Shown piece after piece: positions 16,410 through 20,000 of a stretch of DNA of 20,000 bases (position 1 is its first letter; each line of letters opens with the position of its first letter). Origin of the DNA: an uncultured virus (IMG/VR IMGVR_UViG_3300021957_000021) (taxonomy: Duplodnaviria; Heunggongvirae; Uroviricota; Caudoviricetes). A program made the translations under genes and the position numbers. The notes beneath the pieces were generated by a model. It searched no databases, was not told where the DNA came from, and worked only from the letters and a program-made list of their open reading frames with translations. The stretch is from the IMG/VR virus record IMGVR_UViG_3300021957_000021. One strand, 5' to 3'.

Positions 16410-17876
16410 GTGGACAGAACATACAACACTAGTTTACAAGGCCTTACAACTACTTGGCCACAAAGAAACGGTCAATACTTAGCTCCTGATTACGGTTATT
16501 CTGCTTCGTATGAAGGAGCTATCCGAATGTTTAGTTACGGAGATGGTTTTTATGCAATTTCGCCTAAAGGTGTAAATAATATAACGTTTTCTCTATCTTT
16601 AAATTATAGTAATTTGCACGATAGTGAAGCTAGGCAAATTATAGATTTTTTAGAGACTTCTAAGGGTCTTGATTTTCCCTTTGTTCCTCCTGACCCATTT
16701 TGCAAAAAAAATATATTTAGATGCGTAGGATTTTCTCATACTTTTAATAAAGAGAATTTAAATAATATATCTATCAATTTAAAAACAAACAAGCAGAGCT
16801 CTTTAAATATAGAGTCCGCTGTCCCTGGTTCGTCAGAAACGTTATTGAACGCTCCTCGAGCTACAGAATCACATACTATGTATTTATCAATTAATTCTGA
16901 TAGTGTGTCGAACTTTTTACCATCAAATAGTGCAGAACATTATAAAAATTATTCTGATTATTGTAAAATAGGCTATAAAGAATACTTGAGAAGTATATTC
17001 ACTAGAGAAGAGATGTTAAAGGTTTTGAATAATGATTTTACTGATGGTATTTTAACTCTTCCCTGGTATACGATGGGGCTTATAGAAAGAACTGCTTTAG
17101 ACACTTATGGGATGCCTGATAGTAGCAACGATGTCAGATCAATACATCCTGGTTATTATGATCCTCCTAGCTCAACTGATAATAACTCTAAGCCTTTTGA
17201 AATCAGGGTTGTTCCTTGGACGCAACCTTTTGGGTATCATACGCCTGATGACACTCTTTACGCTACCTCGGTATACGTAATCCATGGGCTAAAATATCTT
17301 TCGCAGTGGGCCTACCCTAAGGATATAGTAGTATTTAAGCCTGATTATGAAGCGCAGACTTTTGATAAATATTATTATTGCAAGAAAAGTCATTTTGCAA
17401 GGCCGCTACAGAGTGCTTTCACTTCTTGGCTAGACGGATCAAGTTTGGATACTGGCAGTGGTACATGGGTGGATGATCACAGAATTCCAGGTAGTACCGA
17501 TGAAAGACATTGGACTAAAAACTTTTTTTGGGAACCTAGTTACGCCTCTACAATTTCTCAACAATCAAGAATACTAAGTAAGGTTTATGATGGAGAAAAA
17601 GTCGAGGTTCTATCTGACGGAAGAAATGCAAACCCCCTAGTATTCGATGTTCAGTTTAATAACAGAGACGATAGAGAAGCTTATGCAATTTTACATTTTC
17701 TCGAAAATAGGAAAGGCTATGTCCGCTTTAAATGGGATTCTATACCAGAAATTTATGATGTCACGGATAGATACTTTCTATGCAATGCTTGGAGTTTTTC
17801 TAAAAGATATATAGACAATAACTCTATCAAGGCTACTTTTATTGAAGACGCGCTTGGGGCTGATTTAGGTTATTAA
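16410..17876 (+). CDS. Minor tail protein with two lambda gpM-like (distal tail) domains
   Basis: Two similar domains: YGDG......G.N....L.L.Y......EA..I..FLE..KG..F.F.PP near the N-terminus and G.NAN...F.V.F..R.D.EA.AIL.FLE..KG...F.W...P near the C-terminus. Confidence 0.7.
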   Translation: MDRTYNTSLQGLTTTWPQRNGQYLAPDYGYSASYEGAIRMFSYGDGFYAISPKGVNNITFSLSLNYSNLHDSEARQIIDFLETSKGLDFPFVPPDPFCKKNIFRCVGFSHTFNKENLNNISINLKTNKQSSLNIESAVPGSSETLLNAPRATESHTMYLSINSDSVSNFLPSNSAEHYKNYSDYCKIGYKEYLRSIFTREEMLKVLNNDFTDGILTLPWYTMGLIERTALDTYGMPDSSNDVRSIHPGYYDPPSSTDNNSKPFEIRVVPWTQPFGYHTPDDTLYATSVYVIHGLKYLSQWAYPKDIVVFKPDYEAQTFDKYYYCKKSHFARPLQSAFTSWLDGSSLDTGSGTWVDDHRIPGSTDERHWTKNFFWEPSYASTISQQSRILSKVYDGEKVEVLSDGRNANPLVFDVQFNNRDDREAYAILHFLENRKGYVRFKWDSIPEIYDVTDRYFLCNAWSFSKRYIDNNSIKATFIEDALGADLGY

Positions 17877-18844
17877 CGAACAGATTCTTTGATTGTCACA
17901 GTACCTTCCATAAAGCCATTCTGGCTAATGGATATTTCTTGGGTATCTATTTGACCAGCAATTGTTAATACTCGATTAATTTCTTGCCCAGGTTGATTCT
18001 CTGCACCAATTGCTTTTAATAAAATGCTAATTGTGGCATTTCTTTTATCGTGACCTTTAAAGTCAATAACCTTTCCAATGTCTTCGCCTTGAACAGTAAC
18101 TTCTCTATTTATGTTGCCGAGATTAACTTCTACGGGATGTTTTTTACCTACTACATAAATAGGTATTCTCTCATACGATTCTGTCCAGCTAATAGACACT
18201 GGGTGCTCAATTCCAATGGTAGCCCGATTATAGCCATTTAATTCAGTCGTAACGTGATTCTGAGTGTTCAGTGGAGTGATGCTTATATCTGGTTCATCAG
18301 GAGGAACTGCAGGGGTAAATGTACCCCCCTCTAACTCATCTGGATTAGTTGTGCCTATATTTCTATAATCATCATTCACGCTAGCTGTTGAGCTGCCATC
18401 CCTGTCTGATGTCATTTTATAAATAGAGAAATCAGCGCTTATACTTGCTGGTTTATAAGGCTCTAATGTTAAATTAAAAGAATTAAGATATGTTTGCCCG
18501 AAATTAAAACCCGCCAACCTTCCGTACAACTCATCCGCTTCCCCAGTTTTACTTATAATTTGATCGCTATTACCGTTTAAATAAAAATCTGTATTTAAGC
18601 TCGCAGTTAGTGGAGCGTCAGGGAAATATCTATGCAGTTGAGATTGTCCTAAAGTCCTCATTGGAGGAACTGAGGCTGATACTTGTAGGCCAGCGCTTGT
18701 TGAATAAATATAATCGTTTGCGCTTGCATTAACTGGATAGTCTGGATAGTCTGCAGCGTTAGCTCTAGAGTGATAGCTCGTGCCAACCGCTCCTATATAA
18801 AGCGGTGTTTCTGTATATCTATAGAAACTTCTTTGGTTACTCAT
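17873..18844 (-). CDS. Putative tail structural protein (tail tube/hub-like)
   Basis: Beta-rich with an internal duplication (P.RTLG...YLNSF.L...PY.P vs R.PIY.VG...P); GTGTAA 8 nt upstream. Confidence 0.5.
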   Translation of the reverse strand: MSNQRSFYRYTETPLYIGAVGTSYHSRANAADYPDYPVNASANDYIYSTSAGLQVSASVPPMRTLGQSQLHRYFPDAPLTASLNTDFYLNGNSDQIISKTGEADELYGRLAGFNFGQTYLNSFNLTLEPYKPASISADFSIYKMTSDRDGSSTASVNDDYRNIGTTNPDELEGGTFTPAVPPDEPDISITPLNTQNHVTTELNGYNRATIGIEHPVSISWTESYERIPIYVVGKKHPVEVNLGNINREVTVQGEDIGKVIDFKGHDKRNATISILLKAIGAENQPGQEINRVLTIAGQIDTQEISISQNGFMEGTVTIKESVR

Positions 18845-18852
18845 ATTCTATA

Positions 18853-18858
18853 TTACAC
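18853..18858 (-). promoter_or_regulatory. GTGTAA putative phage promoter element
   Basis: TTACAC on the + strand; 8 nt from the ATG at 18844 (minus strand). Confidence 0.7.
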
Positions 18859-18869
18859 TAAATTAAAAG

Positions 18870-19385
18870 TTAAATTCCAATAAAGGAAAAATAAAAGGTA
18901 TAAGCGTTAAGCGAGGAGATATTATTGTTAATATATAAATTACCGCCATTAATAAAAGCGAATGCTTCATACGTGCCAGTCGCTGGAGTATCACGAGCGA
19001 GCCTGGCGGCGTCAGTTAAACTTGCTGATCCAGTAAGCACTGGAATTTTTGCTCCGTTATATTGAAAATATCCACTAGTGTATAGGCCTGAAGACTTATG
19101 CATGCCGAAAAAGTAATAACTTTTTGTTGAGTCAATAGAAATGCCTGAAAGACCAGGTGTGTTCAAATAAGTTGATATAAGACTTTCCGAGTTTTCGTTT
19201 GTAATCGTTTTTTCCCAATTTACGATGCTAATAGAACCTGCCGATGAATTTGATACATACAAAAGTAAGTCTGAAGCTTTAATATTTTCGGTAGTGCCAG
19301 TATTTCTAGCTACAAGCAATAAATCATCATCATGTAATGTAGATACTGTATTTAAATCTCTTACTTTTATGCTTTCGATTGACAT
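18870..19385 (-). CDS. Putative short fibre/virion protein
   Basis: N-terminal IKVRDL..V..L..DD.LLV.....T..I...DL fibre-type motif; overlaps the upstream fibre gene by 19 nt. Confidence 0.55.
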   Translation of the reverse strand: MSIESIKVRDLNTVSTLHDDDLLLVARNTGTTENIKASDLLLYVSNSSAGSISIVNWEKTITNENSESLISTYLNTPGLSGISIDSTKSYYFFGMHKSSGLYTSGYFQYNGAKIPVLTGSASLTDAARLARDTPATGTYEAFAFINGGNLYINNNISSLNAYTFYFSFIGI

Positions 19386-20000
19386 ATCTTTTCTAATTCT
19401 TTAATTCTTTTTTCTTGATCTTTTACACACTCTATCAGTAATGGTATTATACTATTATATTTTACACTTTTAAAGCCATTTTCTTTATCTTTTACAGCTT
19501 CTGGTAGAATAAGCTCTACTTCTTGGGCGAGTACGCCATAATCTTTACCAGAATATTTTGGTTGCATTTCTTCTTTCCAGTCAAAGGATACTCCATTTAT
19601 TTGCTCTATTTTATTTATAGGATTATCTATTGTTTGAATATTTTCTTTTAATCTTTGGTCTGAAGAGCTATAATATGCAACCACGTCATTATAACAAAGC
19701 AAATCTCCACCAGCATCAATCTCTACGCTTTTGTTTCCTGATGTATAAAAACATATACTATCTAAGTCTGCAGTTTCTTCTGTAGTAATATAAGTGTCAT
19801 TGTCTGCATCAGATATTCCTGTTAATAAATCAGTAGTCACAAAATCTCCTGTCAAGCCAGTGGTCACAAAATCTCCTGTCTGGCCCGTAGTAATGAAATC
19901 TCCTGTCAAGCCAGTGGTCACAAAATCTCCTGTCAAGCCAGTGGTCACAAAATCTCCTGTCAAGCCAGTGGTCACAAAATCTCCTGTCAAGCCAGTGGTC
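19367..20000 (-). CDS. Tail fibre/spike C-terminal part with peptidase S74 intramolecular chaperone (5' end outside the window)
   Basis: SD.RLK.NI..I......I..I.GV.F.W...G.LAQEV....PEAV......V.Y....PLLIE..K coiled coil; frame open to the window edge. Confidence 0.88.
   Translation of the reverse strand, partial: TTGLTGDFVTTGLTGDFVTTGLTGDFVTTGLTGDFITTGQTGDFVTTGLTGDFVTTDLLTGISDADNDTYITTEETADLDSICFYTSGNKSVEIDAGGDLLCYNDVVAYYSSSDQRLKENIQTIDNPINKIEQINGVSFDWKEEMQPKYSGKDYGVLAQEVELILPEAVKDKENGFKSVKYNSIIPLLIECVKDQEKRIKELEKICQSKA
19831..20000. repeat. 27-bp coding tandem repeat (TGDFVTTGL), at least 6.3 copies
   Basis: Unit CAGTGGTCACAAAATCTCCTGTCAAGC starting at 19831, 19858, 19885, 19912, 19939, 19966 and 19993 (partial); the last three full copies are identical. 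Confidence 0.97.

Noticed and set aside
16408..16482. ATG 16408 short ORF as the product of the GTGTAA promoter
   Set aside because: Only 24 codons; GTG 16410 opens the 488-aa frame at the modal 8-nt spacing
4610..18241. Other short nested/antisense ORFs (4610-4810, 6872-7060, 10556-10780, 11942-12187, 15620-15877, 16032-16265, 18050-18241)
   Set aside because: Wholly or largely overlap better-supported genes; no recognisable domains or GTGTAA/SD support
19831..20000. 27-bp repeats as a CRISPR array
   Set aside because: Head-to-tail with no spacers, unit is a multiple of 3 and in frame within the fibre gene

Overview
AT-rich window from a large, probably uncultured tailed dsDNA phage (Caudoviricetes). 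It runs from a GC-rich structured non-coding block (1-240, possible terminus/pac or origin) through accessory genes into the packaging, head and tail modules. Accessory genes: small basic protein, AspH-like hydroxylase, Ig-domain virion proteins, a lone Xre/MbcA/ParS-type antitoxin domain, PhoH, a TM+GAF holin-T-like protein. A translationally coupled cluster follows: zinc ribbon, ECF-like sigma factor, putative TerS, 2OG-Fe(II) oxygenase, ZnF-ERCC4 nuclease, TerL. Then come portal, protease-scaffold, decoration protein, major capsid, neck/tail genes and a truncated tail fibre with 27-bp repeats and an S74 chaperone. The most notable signal is a GTGTAA(A/T) element 8-10 nt upstream of the start codon of seven operon-leading genes on both strands, with no Shine-Dalgarno. 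This fits a phage-specific promoter making leaderless mRNAs, plausibly read by the Cys-cluster-containing sigma factor encoded in the same window. All family assignments are by eye from motifs; no searches were run.
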